Shown here piece by piece: positions 12,392 to 59,408 of a DNA stretch of 64,000 nucleotides (within the stretch, counting starts at the first letter, position 1; each line of letters opens with the position of its first letter). The notes beneath the pieces were generated by a model. That model saw only the letters and a list, made by a program, of their open reading frames with translations, did no database searches and had not been told where the DNA came from. Source of the stretch: Hormiphora californensis (Eukaryota > Animalia > Ctenophora); the NCBI GenBank assembly GCA_020137815.1, contig CM035354.1:4960001-5024000 (forward strand), read 5' to 3'. The translations under genes and the position numbers were made by a program.

Positions 12392-12469
12392 TTGGTATCC
12401 AAGACACCTTCGCGGCCTTCGTTTGGCGCGCTTCGCGCGCCGGCAAGGGAGGGGTAACTTCGTTACCAA
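12392..12469. mobile_element. Tiny palindromic element (TTGGT..CGTTACCAA) embedded in TTAGGG-like repeats; relatives at 23626-23690, 27768-27851 and 31960-32029
   Basis: Shared TTGGT(G/T)ACG / CGT(C/T)ACCAA-type termini, imperfect in some copies, and an internal GC-rich hairpin such as GCGC-TTC-GCGC. Confidence 0.55.
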
Positions 12470-13769
12470 GCCCCAAGGTTAGGGTTGGGGTTTGGGTTGG
12501 GGTTAGGCCTTGAAATTCCCTACCAGATAAACTTTGAATCAGCCAAAACGGTTGAGTGGTTTGGCGGTTAGAGCCATTTTAGTCAATCAACTTTTTAGGG
12601 AGCGCGCACCTGTAAACAGGCCTCCAAAAGGCTGTGGGAAAGGCTGTGTTGTGGTGAAGTCTCGGATGGGAGGTCTTTCCTTTTACGTCCTACATTCCTC
12701 TGCTGTGCTACATTCCTATCATTACTACATTCCTATTTTGACTACATCCCCTATAACTACATCATCATCTGAAGTCCTTTCCTCCAACATATGAGTAGAG
12801 TAGGGGTCTGATATCATGTCAAGAGTGTCGAGTTTTTTGAGTATATTTTCTGGTTGTATTGTGACAGTGTGTGTCGAGTTTCTTTCCTTTCTGGCTAGAG
12901 TAGAGTCATAGGTTCTTTGAGCGAACGAGTGAGCCAGCCTGAACAATGATCAGTGAACATCACGGAGGGTATTATGTTCTCGAAGACATCAAGACGATAA
13001 TCATACATGGACTTTTTACGAGTGTGTTTGGAGAATAGACTCTAGAGTTTCTAAGTTGGGCAGCTCTTAATTTTATATCTTCTCTATCCTAGTTACCTTA
13101 AGATTACTTTAAATTAGAACCTAAATACTTACGTCTAGTACAGTTATTTATCTTACAGCTTACTATAACTAGCTTAACGTTTTATCGTACATTAAATTTT
13201 AAACCCAACCGCATTAATTAACTTATTCTGACTGGCCATTGTACTGGTCTCCTGCCTTTTTATTTTTTATCGCTCTAATTAATTAATTTATTAACAGCTT
13301 TGTATTTAACCTATCTGACTGACCTCTGGTCTCTTGCTTTTTATTTTTCTACCTCGTTATTCATTAATTTATTACCAGCTTCTTTAGAATTTTCCATAGG
13401 CCATTTATTAGATCATAACCTTATATAGCAATTAATATGGTTAGTGTGTATTACCTTATCGGTTATCCTGTTACAGTTACTTTATCCATTAACTTATTAC
13501 TTAGCTATTCGCCTCCTTTTTAGATCACTAGCCTTTTACTTGAATTAATTATTAAACTATACTACTTACTTAGTATTTACACTATGTACTTATTAATCAA
13601 CAGTTAATTATCTAACTAGTTAATTATCTAACTAGTTAATTATCAATTATCTAACTAGTTGATTTCTCAATTATCTAACTACTTAATCACTCAACGAATT
13701 AAATACGCTATTTCTTAATTATATATTTTATAACCCTTATTTTCTACATACATTTATATATATTATATC

Positions 13770-13960
13770 GAATGACTGCCGACGGTTTTTTAAGGCCTTT
13801 AGGATCTTATAATCCTATAAGAGCCGCTTTAGAAGGCTTGTTAGTGGTGGGCGCGTTGCTTCAATCGACTGATTGAAACGGCGTCCTCCTAGCACTAACA
13901 ATGCATAGGCCCAAAAGCGGGATATAAATTATAATTGTATTTGTATTTGTATTTGTATTT
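13770..13960 (+). mobile_element. Probable LINE/SINE 3' end: long stem-loop followed by a (TTGTAT)n tail
   Basis: Hairpin 13838-13901 (TTGTTAGTG...TTCAATC-gact-GATTGAA...CACTAACAA) and a tandem tail at 13935-13960, after an AT-rich UTR-like tract. Confidence 0.5.
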
Positions 13961-14804
13961 AAACACGTCCGTGCCAACCTTGGAATTCGCTGCAGCCCCC
14001 TCATCATGCCCGCACCCGCCAAGCGCCAACCTGATCTCGTCTGATGCCCAGCGATCCATTGTCGCCTGTAGGCTCGGTTTGTTGTTTCTTTAGGACCGTA
14101 TCGGGAAACTGGAAACATTTCAAGTCTGGGTTGAAAAGCACTGCACCGGGACGGCGCTGGGCCTTTACCCTTTGGCCCTGCAACACCCTGAATGTCGAGT
14201 GTCCGGATCCATTGCCAGGGACGGCAGCTCTGGTCAGGGGGTATTGGGGTAAAATCCCCCACTACAGTGATCCAGGAGCGCAGCCCCGGCGGGAGATAAG
14301 AAGGCAAAGAATTATCTAGCGCTCCTTATACCTCGTTAGTCGTAAAACTGAACGGTGCAGAGTGCAGTGGGAGCCTCGCAAACTTTGCTAAAACCAGAAA
14401 AACTTATAACATTATACTAACATTCTGCATTCATGCACGGTTTAGGCCTGGGGAGAGGGTGAACTTTGCGCTTGCCAGCACAGTGATGTGTTTTAGAAGT
14501 CTTACATCTCCTTTATACCAATATCAGAAGTCGTTTAGAAGAGAAGTTCACAAGAGACACCCCTTAGTCGCACAAACAGCACAAATTCACTCAATAAATG
14601 ACCCCCTTACCCATGCCTAAATCGCAAAAGTTACCTGTCAAAAAGTTCCCCAGACTTTTTGGCAGATAAAATAAATAGTTAGCTACCCAGACCTAAATAA
14701 TTCAATCATCACCAGATACTTACGTTACCGGATTGCCAGAATCCGGATACTTACCAAACCATTTGTATAATAACCGAATACTTCTTCACTGTATTCCTAC
14801 TTAC

Positions 14805-15736
14805 TCAGTTTTCTGCAAAACGGGGCTTCATCAGTCCATATTACGTCGGTATTACAGGTCCTCTCAGAGACACCGTCTAGCACGTGTTTCTTCTGGCAGT
14901 TGATGGTCACCGTCTCTCCAGGATCAGTATCGTCCCAAGTTCCTTGGACAGATCCATCAACGGTAAACCCAGGACACGCTGATGATCAAAAGAAATGGTG
15001 TTTAGATATTGTAGGATACAGCTAATTGTCATAATCATTGAATAGCTAGGTACTGCATGAAGTGAGATTAATAACTACTTCGTACCTGTTGGCATTGCAC
15101 GGTAGCTGTCTGATGCATTGTCATATGCTGTGTTGGAACTAAATTGTATCTTCTCCACAACATCTCCCCTCCACCTTGGTTCACATGTTTTGTCAGTAAT
15201 GTCACTGAACTTGTGGTGCAGGACCTCCACCTCGTTACAAACTATGATCAGATCAGTAGCTGTCTTTCGAATGGTCCAAATCTTGTCCACTTCATCTGGT
15301 GGTTGTACTGGGAAGGCATACCAGCTCATGTCACAGTAGCCGATGAAGTATTTGATGGGTGAGTGGAACTTCAATCGTACTCCTCCAACTAATCCCTGTT
15401 CTGTTTCATCTTTAGTATGGGTAAACATCACGAAAAGATCCCCGTCCCCGGTAGTAGAGTCGGTTTTTATTTGAAAGGGGTGCTCTCTAGATCATGTGTG
15501 ATGAATGTACCGCGTTCAACTGGAATCCACACTGAAACAATACATAGGAGTGTAATTAACCTTACTCGATCGAATAATTTCGATTTACACTGAACTACGT
15601 GAACACTGAATTAACTACGTGAGCTATGAATTACCAATAGTGAACATATAATGGATATTTGCAAATACTTGTACCGACCTGTTGGAGTGACAGAATGAAT
15701 CAGCAGAACAACAAAGAGCAATCGCTTGAGAAACAT
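14805..15736 (-). CDS. Secreted protein: signal peptide, uncharacterised beta-rich domain (DLES.P.QIKTDS...DKIWTIRKT...CNEVEVL...ASDSYR) and a Sushi/CCP domain; last exon(s) not resolved
   Basis: Exons 15736-15679 (MFLKRLLFVVLLIHSVTPT), 15531-15086 (1-nt frameshift near 15475) and 14978-14805 (CPGF...PGETVTINC..HVLDG..RTC..W..APFC); all introns phase 1. Confidence 0.75.
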
Positions 15737-16947
15737 CTTCAGGAAAAGCTACAGCAAAATGGATGCAGATAGATATAGATCATTTATTAGAGAGGTGTAC
15801 ACGTGCCACCCCTTTCCGTTAACTGTTTTCATTGAGACCTTATGAGAAACGTTCCAACTTTTTTTCCATTGGCTCCCGGAATGATGGCAGCACGTGTGTC
15901 AATTACAAAGTTCTATAGAAATAACTATATCTGTTATGTAAAGAGGAGGTGTCGCGACTCGCGTCGTTCGTTCAGTGCGTTGTTAAGCAACAGTGCTCCA
16001 TCATAAAATGGACCCAAACAAGTAAGGCTTATTTATTTAATAAATATTTTTAATTAAATTTCAACAATTTTGTTCAACAACAAAAAAAATTCGGTCGTCA
16101 TATTTACCGCTTCAGTTACCATGGCAATCATAAAATTGGCGTATAAGTGGTAAAAAAGAGGGCCATCCGGCGGAGCCGGGTGGGTTTGTCATCAGCACAT
16201 GCTTGAGGCACACCCGGTGTTGAGATTGAGCTAGCAGTGTTATAGGGAGAGAGGACACAGCGTGTGTCACTTGTCCACATTATCAGTGACTATCCATGTT
16301 TGATGTGTCTGTGTTTTGAGAGTACTCCAACAATTCTTTGATTATCTCTCCATTCTCTCACATGTTTCTCACTCAAGAAGGTGTACCAGAGCTAATGGTC
16401 TTGTTGTTTTTCAAATATTTATATCGGACAGATTTCTGTCTCTATCTCTGTCTCTCTCTGTCTCTCTCTCTCTCCTCTCTCTCTTCTTCGTCCTCTATTA
16501 TCAGGGATTGAGGGAGTGATATGGGTGGAACAAGAAGAGAGTGAAGTAGGAGAGAGATGTTGGGACAGATCGAAATACTGAGTAAAAAGGAGAATCATAT
16601 GACTGGTGGTTATATGAGAGAGAGATGTGTGACGTCACGCATCATTGCATTTTACACTGCGGGTAAATTTCCGGGTGTGTTATCACTGTGTAAATATGTG
16701 TGAGTGTATGAGAGGGAAATGGATTAGTTGAAAGGATGCCTTGTATGTGAGAGGAAGAGGAAAGAAATGTAAACTTGTGATTTGAGTTCTTCAATTTCGA
16801 CTTTTGCATTGAGAAACACACTATGTTTATGAAGAAAATGCTGTAGAAAAAGATGAACAGGTTAAAAAATGAGAGAGATCAGAGAGGGGAGAGAAAATGA
16901 GAGAGAGGAAAGAGACGGAATTAGAGAAAGAGAGAGTTAGAGAGAAT

Positions 16948-18354
16948 TTATAGAGAGTTGCCTGTTGCACGGTAGATGTAATCCAATACAGCTAGGATGT
17001 AAAATCCTCGCTGCCTTTTCTCTACTGCACACTCACGTTGCCTTATTGCAAGACACGCGGGGAACAAACAAGCAAATATCTCCCATTCTATATGGAATTT
17101 ATATCTCTAGCTACTCTCTTCTTCTTCTTCTTCTTCCTCTAGACTCTGTCTATCTCTTTCTCCTCTTGTCTAATTCACACAAAAATAGCCTCTTGTTAAA
17201 GGCAATCACACACACATTCTGGTGATGAGTAGATCTGTTTACATGACTTCTAAATCAGGTATCTATCATTATAACGTGAAAAGGACAGAGAAAACAAGAT
17301 TGATGGAAGACAGAGAAGTTGTAGTGATAGAAAAGACGTAGAGGAGAGGGTTTGGAATGTCATAGAATCTTGTATAATGTATCTTTTCCATGACAGACCT
17401 TTTTAGTTTTCAGCAAAATATGTCGGAATCCTATCACACTATCTCTCTCTCTTCTCTCTCTCTCCTTAGCCTATCTTTTTGACACTCCCACCTACCAGCA
17501 TTACATGCTTACCCCTATCCAGAAATAACTTGAGTTTTAAAACTCAAGGTATTATTGGGTTTCCTTGCTGCAAGCTGTGCAGTACAGTACAGGTCTGGAA
17601 CTTTCTACAACAAAAGTAGTCAAGCAACCTTTTAAAAAAACTCTGGTCGACCAGGACAAAAAGAGACAGCCAGGATTTCAGTAATTTACTGCTCGTACTG
17701 TCTCTGCAATCTCGATACAACAAGGCTGCAAATAGCACTGCAGCCGCTCTAACCAACCAACCAACCACTCTAACCACTCCAACCACTCTAACCCCTCAAA
17801 CCAACCAATACAGTATATACCTGGTTGCACTGATAGTGTTGAGTACTGCAATGGTGCTGCGGGGGCAGGTGGAGGGGGCGCACCACCAGACCTGACATCG
17901 TCATATATCGGCTCCTGAGAGGGTGGGAGATATTAGGGTGGTAGCTGTTAATTTTAGAGTTGTTTCTGTTATGTAGGTAATGTATTTTCTCTGGGCAGTG
18001 AATAAGAGTTGGTTAGAGCGAGCAGGGTAATGTAATAGAGACGGATGGAGGGTGTAGGCTCCTGGTGTGAGGATGGAATGAGAGGGGTGATATTGCAATA
18101 TTATATACAGGGTGGGAGGGAGAAATGGGTGGGGGATCGGGGGCAGTGACAGATTGAGTAAAGACTAGAAAAGTAAGGATGCAGAGTTAAAGGAAGGAAG
18201 GAAGGAAGGGAAGAACAATGATAGAAATGAGAAGAAAAAGAAGAAAAAGAAGAGGAACGAGAGGGAGGGGATGAGGCTGGTGACACAAATCCGGCCATCA
18301 CAATAATATCGGTATGTGTCATCATCTTTGCTTCACAAACATTAAAGAGAGATA

Positions 18355-18453
<99 letters not shown>

Positions 18454-21400
18454 ATAGGAAGGTAGTATAGAGTTACATTAAAATATGCTACACACAAATT
18501 TCTTGTCACCATGGAAATGGGCTTGCGGTGGAAATGGGAAGATGTTTTTTTTGGAAGTTTGTTTACTTTTGACTGATTGATCAGTATGTAAGGTATGTGA
18601 TTGATTGTGTGCTTGATGATGTCCTGTTTGTCCGTGTGTGTGTTTTACCATGAGTGTGTGTATTGTGTGTGTGTGTGAGATTGTTTGTCTTTGTCCGTGT
18701 GGCAGTGGTGGCATATTTCATCTTCCAATGGTAGGGTCATAACCATCACGTTGTGGTGATTGGTTGGTAGGGTCAAGTATAACAGTGTTATAACCACTAT
18801 ATGACTATCTGTCAGGTGTGTGTGCCAGGTTGAACTATTGTCAGTTAAGGTAGCTAATGGGTCTGTTTAGTGTGTCAGTCATTGTGTGTCAGTTATTGTG
18901 TGTCAGGTGTGTGTCAGCTGTATGTGTGTCAACACGCTACCTCGGAATGATATGAAGGAGGGACTGCGTAGTGATCTTCAGGGGGCCTAGGAGCAGGAAC
19001 ACTCGGCTTGTGTAACCCAGTCAGTTATTGTGTGTCAGTCATTGTGTGTCAGGTGTGTGTCAACACGCTACCTCGGAATGATATGAAGGAGGGACTGCGT
19101 AGTGATCTTCAGGGGGCCTAGGAGCAGGAACACTCGGCTTGTGTAACCCAGTCAGTTATTGTGTGTCAGTCATTGTGTGTCAGGTGTGTGTCAACACGCT
19201 ACCTCGGAATGATATGAAGGAGGGACTGCGTAGTGATCTTCAGGGGGCCTAGGAGCAGGAACACTCGGCTTGTGTAACCCAGTCAGTTATTGTGTGTCAG
19301 TCATTGTGTGTCAGGTGTGTGTCAACACGCTACCTCGGAATGATATGAAGGAGGGACTGCGTAGTGATCTTCAGGGGGCCTAGGAGCAGGAACACTCGGC
19401 TTGTGTAATCCTTCACCTGTCTAAGAAACATAACTTTCAATGACTGTCTGTCTGTTTGATGTTTATTGATGTTGATGTCTATTGATATCACTGGTGTTGA
19501 GATCACCATGTCTATCACATTGTGAGTTACTATCTGTATGTTACTCTGTTTGTCTGTTTGTCTGTTTGTCTGTTTGTCTGTTTGTTTGTCTGTTTGTCTG
19601 TGTATACCTCGTTTTTGACACTGTGTAACCGGCCACGTGACTCCCCGCTGGTTAACCTCGAGCCTGGTGGAGGCGCAGGGGCCGCTCTTCGGGGCTGGAG
19701 CTTCAACGACTAGGGGGACAACACACACTTAGGTTACAATGCTTCAATTATAAAATCAAATACGACACATGATGATCTCTGAAGAGTTCCAATCTCACAC
19801 AAACATAGGCTGGGATAATATCACAGGGACGTGCGAATATAAAATACATCATGCATACATTATAAGTAGAGAGATAGGGAACATGGTGAGTCTCTAATCA
19901 GAACTCCTGCACATGTAACTCTCTTGAGATTCCATAGAGACGCAATCACAGATCACACATGCACCCACACACACACATAGAACCTACTGAAACACTCCGT
20001 TGCACGGAGGCTTTACGGGACTGAGATATTGCTTCACTCTGAAAAAACGTGCACCGGCATGTAACACACCCACTACTACACAATACAACGTGCCCACCGG
20101 CCTGTAACACACCCACTACTACACAATGTGCTGTACTGTTACCAGTGCTGTACTGTTACCAGTGCTGTACTGTCACCAGTGCTGTACTATAATTCTAGAC
20201 TTTTATTATAAATTACAATAGCTAAAATGTGTACTACATACTACTATAAAAAGTATAGCACAAAGGGAGATATATATTTATTAGCAGCATTGGTTTTGTA
20301 TGTCCCCCCAGGCCCCACATACAAAGCGAACCCCCCCCCCCCACACGGTGTACCCCACGGCCCACCCCTATCTAACACACAAAGTGTACCCCGTTTTCCT
20401 ACCTTGGAGCTAGTGACAGAAGTAAGGGAGGTGATAGAATTACACCGGTTCATGGCCGGACTCAGACTTCCCTGACGTATATCCACAGAACTAGCGGACA
20501 GACGGTTCGGAGCTATCTCTGGGAGAGGGATAAGAGAGTTATTCTAAAAAGGGAGAAGAGAGTTGAATTTTTGGAAGTAGAACAACTTGGAGTTTACTTC
20601 TACTTGGAGTTTATTTGAAATGCCGGTCAACTTGACAAGTCGGTTTCCATGGTAACGGAAGTGAGAGGGGGAATAACGGAGGTCAGAGGTGAGAGAACCA
20701 GGGGAATATATACATTTTCAACTCACGTGGCGAATTGAGGGTAGTGCTAGTTGCACTTGACAGGGATAACTGAGATGCACTGTTAATGTTAATAGGTGCT
20801 GCATGCTGCATTTCTTCATAGAAATCCTCGTTAAATTCGTCATCACCTACATCTCCACCTGTTACGAGGGGGAGGTGAGATTTTAGCATTCCGGGAGGGG
20901 GAGGGAGTGTTATTGATCGAGTTTTCTTGTATATCATGATTCAGTGAGTGATAATTAGGATGACAAGTTATGTGTTATCTCTCACCTGTCACTAGACTGA
21001 TCTTGTCGTACTTAGCATAGCTTAACTTCTCCCATTTTCCCTCCCCTCCCTTAGGCTGCGTTATGTTCGGGGGTCGCCCTATTCTAGGCTGACGGTTTGG
21101 AATGTTGGCAGGAGGTAGTCTAGTATGTAGATCCGCTCTAAACGAACAACACGTCGACTTCTCAAGATATGCCGTGGCGGTGAGGGCTTTGTTTTCAATG
21201 TCTGACAGTTTGTCCGCCTGATCGTCCAGGAGTTGCTGGAAACATCCTGCCAAGTTATAGATCCTCTTGCTGACATCAACTAGACATGTTACAGCTTTAT
21301 CTCTAGCTTCTATCGTCAAGTCGCTCCTGTAAACAACACGATTGAGAAAAGGCGAGGTAAATTATAATATAAATGTCTGACAGGGGAACACGGATGAGTA

Positions 21401-21631
21401 ATTAGTCACAATTACACCGTACTATGCTTACCTTTGCTCAACTTTATCAATATAATCCTGCTGGTACATTTCAGCTACATTGTTTAGTTCATCTTTGAAA
21501 TCGAGAAGTTGCCTCCTAAACTCGGGAAGCTGCTCCTCAGCATTATCAAATTCCAGCTGGTCCTTAGTGCTACCATTGTGTATGGATCCCGTATCACTGG
21601 ATACGTCTTGTAGGTCGGAAGTGGAAACCAT
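16948..21631 (-). CDS. ABI: Divergent Abl-interactor (ABI)-like protein, a WAVE/SCAR complex subunit family member
   Basis: Exons 21631-21432, 21326-20986, 20858-20727, 20518-20403, 20038-19988, 19709-19608, 19416-19334, 17914-17821, then a terminal exon at 17725-17544 or 17087-16948. The N-terminus EEQLPEFRRQLLD..LNNVAE..QDY..CLVDVSKRIYNLAGCFQQLLDDQADKLSDIE aligns by eye with ABI1 [57 protein letters not shown]. A Pro-rich middle follows. One phase conflict at 19608/19416. Confidence 0.7.
18910..19410 (-). repeat. 131-bp tandem repeat (~4 copies) containing the 3' part of an ABI exon plus its donor site
   Basis: ctacctcgg recurs at 18937, 19068, 19199 and 19330. Confidence 0.9.
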
Positions 21632-22131
21632 CCTCTCGCATCATCTACCTACACATGGGGCTTGGATCAGTGTTTCTATTCAATGAACCACAACACACAT
21701 CACAAAATGTAGCCTTTTCTTTGGTAAATCATTATTGTCTTTTTATTGAGAATGAAAAAAAGCTCTCCTAAATCTCTACTCTCACAATCCAGATAGATTC
21801 CCACGTTAAAACCAGTCAAGAGGCCGAAATGGGTAGTAACTCGGACATTGGATATATGGTGTGGTGCTTGCTGCTTCCTTGTGCTTTACAGGCAGCACCA
21901 AGCACAGTAGGAAACAGCAATCCGACACCGGGGTCTCAGATAACTCGAAACAGTGGTTTTATTTCCAACAACTTCACGAGATCGAGATAAGATAATATGA
22001 ATGATGTAAAATCACGATGCATTAACATGTGACGCGCGAACATTTTATAAGTTACGCTGCATTTGCTCGACGCGCGATCAATTTTTAATTTGTTCGGAAA
22101 AAAAAATCTCAAAATTTTTTTTACTTTTTTC

Positions 22132-22365
22132 CTAAAGCACACCCCAAACTACTATGTCCCTCACTCGGGTTTTGTGAAATTTCCCACGGTCATAACTCCA
22201 CTGCCTGATGAGATAGAGACTTGAAATTTGTTTTGTATGAAGAACTCGATATGATCCCGTTACAAAACAAATTTTAAGTCTCTATCGTATCAGGGGGTGG
22301 AGCTATGGCCGTCTAAAATCCGGTCGCGCGCAGCAAGGGACATAGTAGTTTGGGGTGCGCTTTAG
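22132..22365. mobile_element. MITE (~234 bp) with ~29-bp TIRs and an inner inverted repeat
   Basis: CTAAAGCACACCCCAAACTACTATGTCCC ... GGGACATAGTAGTTTGGGGTGCGCTTTAG. Confidence 0.75.
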
Positions 22366-24509
22366 TCAAAGTTTGTTGGAATGCGCTGCAGCCCCCTCAT
22401 GCGCGCACCCCCGCAACGAGGGGACTGAAGGGAATGCCGCGCGCGCGTTTGGCCTGAGCCCGGCTGGGTCGAAGATAACTTTGCGGTCGAAAAAACGGCG
22501 GTGCTTATAACTTTGGCTCCTGTAGTCCGTTTGACTTGATTCTTTCACCAGTTGTTAGATCTGACGATTATCTACCTTGCTGTTTTTGAGAGAAGTTAAT
22601 TGGACTTAAGGAGGCTGAGCAATAGCCGTTGAAAGATGGGTTGTTTTCAAAAAGTGACGTCACAGATTCCTGCAGGGACACCTTTTTTTAAATTTCATTC
22701 AAATTTCGATTTTACCGCACTCGATTTTGCGGAGTTTGGTTCATATCTCCTGTTCCTGATAAGATAGAGACCTGAAACCGGTTGCATTTAAAAGCTCTTA
22801 TCTTCCTCTTTCCAACGCTACCAAAACGATTTCTGTACCTTATCTGGAACCGGAGATATGATTGATTATGTATTCCCCCCCAGCGCGGTATTCCCTCCAG
22901 GCCCCTTATATTATATTATAAGGGGCCTGCAACGTATGCCAACAAAGTTTGAAAAGCGCTGTCTTATCCCGCGCTATCGGTAATCGGGGGCCAGCAGCGT
23001 TTGCCAAAGTCAAAGTTAAAATCTGGGTGCCTTTCGTTGCTAACAATTCATCGACTTTCGCGGTCAAGACGGGCTAAGGCTGCCCGTTAGTCTGGAAATT
23101 ATTGTAAACAGATTTAATAAATAGTCTGGAAATGAGGTCTTTGAAACCTCTGCTCAATTTGAGCATTTGGTGGGATCGTTAGAGGGGTCCATTCTGATTA
23201 CAATGGCGTTGAGAAACTCTTGTTAAGAAATTTTTCCCGGTCAAGACTCAAGCTGGATTGTCCCCTCCTCGCCTTTGGTGCAAGAGCCGTGTGTGATGAC
23301 TGATGACTGATGAAACTGCCGATCTTAAATATGGGGAAATAGAAGTAGAACTTGTGCAGTTCAAATAAACGGACAGTAAGGAGCGGACTAAATACTAATT
23401 TAATGTTAATTTCGATTATAATCAAAATCGTTTTGTTCAAACCCATTTTGGGAAAGAGACGGTCGAATAAGGCAAAATCAGAGGGTTGAGGGGGAAGAAG
23501 AAGAGGGATAATCCTCGTCTCCAACTGCTGTGATCCAAGCACGGGAGTGACAGGAATTCACATGTGTGAAGTGACCAAGATTTCTATAGATTTTAGATTG
23601 AAGAAGCATCAGTTAGGGTAAAGGGTTGGTGACGCAGGCTTCGTTTAGCCGCACTGCGCGCGGCTAGTGTAGGGGTGGCTGCGTCACCAACTGTTGGGAA
23701 CTGTTTCCCAACTAGCTTGTTGACAAGGTTTACCCCTCAAACCCCTTTGATATTTTGATAGCGCTCCCGTAACTAAACCTTGTTGCTGAGAAATGAGAGT
23801 AACTATTTAGCATTGAAACATGCAAATTATAAATATTACCAGGGTATTGCCAGGGTATGTTAATTATTGTTTTTAAAGCGTTATTTATCATAATTTAGAG
23901 GATCGATGACTTGAAGGACGTAATGGAACTGATTCTGTCGCCCCTGGCACAGGGCTACGGAGTGTGCAGACCAGATGGGGTAATACTGATCCCTGAAGCA
24001 AGTGGGTCTGTTCCGTCTTACTCCGCCGTTGCCAAGGTAATAAACTCGGGGAGGTTTTCAGTTTTTAATCCTGATCTCAGTTCTCATTCACGATATAATA
24101 ATAAGTTTTCAGTATTATATTACTGCAGTCCTTGAAATCAGTCCCTAGAACTGTCTAAAAGATTTAATACTAGCGGATATGATACATATCGTATCGATGC
24201 TGCATGAATCATGACCACTCACGTGCAGTACTACTATAGACATTGGGCACGGCCACCAATGACATATCTACCTAGTGATGATGATCAGAGTCACCTACAA
24301 TGTTCTAGCTATTATAGATGGCGCTTACTTGAGATATTAGACAATCTTACTTAATAGACTTACTCGAGACAATCATTCGAGTGGTCTGGTTCCGGTATCC
24401 TCATTTTCAGCGTAAGCTGTCGCTAGTGATACGATAATTATGCTTGAATGATGCCGCACCGCTCCTTTTTCAGATCAAATTTATTCATACTACTCATTTT
24501 TAATACATG

Positions 24510-24585
<76 letters not shown>

Positions 24586-25971
24586 ACACACATACTCTCT
24601 CTCCCACTCCATCTCTCTCTTTTCTCCAAAATCTGTGCACTTGACAACTATCACGTGTGATAAATCTTTTCATTCATTAGGTCACGCATCACTTAGAATA
24701 CTAGATGATGGACAATACTATAGCTACCTTAGCGAGAGAAAGAGAGATAGAGAGAGTGATAGAGTGATAGATATAATGAGAGGGGGAGAGAGAGAAAGAG
24801 AGATAGAGAGATAGAGAGAGATAGGGGGATAGAGTGAGAGAGAGAGTGATAGATATAGTGAGATGGGAGAGAGTGAGAGAGTGAGAGAGAGAAGTAGGGG
24901 GCTGCCGGCTGTCGCTGTGACATGCACACATGCATCCTATTGATGTAACTACATAGTGTGTCAGCCGCAAAAAAAACATATTCGATGTGATGATACTTAC
25001 AAAAATCCTGTGGTTAGGTCTTGGACAAGACAGCTCCACAGTCCACATGAAGTCATGAAAAACTTTGAAACGAATCTGAATCCGAATCCTAGAATTAAAT
25101 GTTCATCGATATCCCCTGGATGTGAGTAACAGCAGCCTCGTATTATCGGTTGTAATTACACAGTCAAACACGATTAGATGTAAAAGACAGACAGGATGGA
25201 TCTAATGATTCCAGAGTTCCTACACAACATAATGATTCCTGCACGATGGTGTAACAGTAGCCGGGTTTTCTTCTTTTAGTAAAGCCTGGTTACCATAGCG
25301 ACCACACCAAATATTTTCTTACTTTCTCCTCTTTATCGGCTTCCTCCTTTTTACCCTTCATACCTCACTGATTTGTTGTTACATTACACCCCCAAGGATC
25401 CCGGGACGGCCGTGACTCCATGTTGTTACCATGGTTACCACAGTAGACTCTTACAGTAGGGTATCAGTACTGCTACACCCGTCTCCCCTAGCAATACGAC
25501 ACCTGCCTCATCCCTCGTGTGTGTGTTGGTGTATCATGTCAGGTGGGGGCTGTTATAGGGCGGCAAGTCATTATGACACAATATAATGGTACCTATCTCC
25601 TTATTGTATGATATATCGATTATTCCTGCATGTCTGAGTTCCCTGTTACATTATCCTTGATCCTTTTTTATACCAGCAAGCTCTGATTTGAATTATGTAA
25701 TCCTCTTTTTAAACGTGGAGCTGTGGGAACCTTACTGCGTGTGACGTGTATGCCATGTATACTCTTTGTCTTCTCCTTCGCCCCCTCCTTCTTTATCTAT
25801 CTATCTCTCATCATCTATCTCTATCACCCTCCCCCTCGCATCATCTGTGACATCATCAATCGATATCGGAGGAGAAAGATTCCAGTTCGGTACTGGTAGT
25901 CTTTTAAAATGATCAACTCTACCGACAAAGAGGCATCACCTAGATTTGTACTGATCTATATCTCTATCATT

Positions 25972-26036
<65 letters not shown>

Positions 26037-26294
26037 TCTCTCTTTCTCTCCCTCCCCCTCTCTCAATCTCTCTCTTGCAACGCTTTTGGGGAGTCTGGTC
26101 TCAGGAATCGCTACATTAGAGTGCATAGTTCCAAGTTAATGGTAGCGCTGCATTAATTCCCCTCCCTCCCTGACGTTGTACCCCAATCTTCATTCCTTTG
26201 CCTTGTTTTTATCTTTGTTTCTTTCCTTCTCACTCGCACAATATATTGATCAGTTCTAGTTCCCAGCTTTAGCCTCTAATTATAGTCCCAGACA

Positions 26295-59408
<33,114 letters not shown>

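Noticed and set aside
12355-12510. Telomere or interstitial telomeric array
   Set aside because: Only a few degenerate TTAGGG units, associated with a small repeat element
13861-14400. Overlapping GC-rich ORFs on both strands, possibly the last exons of the secreted Sushi gene
   Set aside because: No recognisable domain and no convincing phase-consistent exon chain
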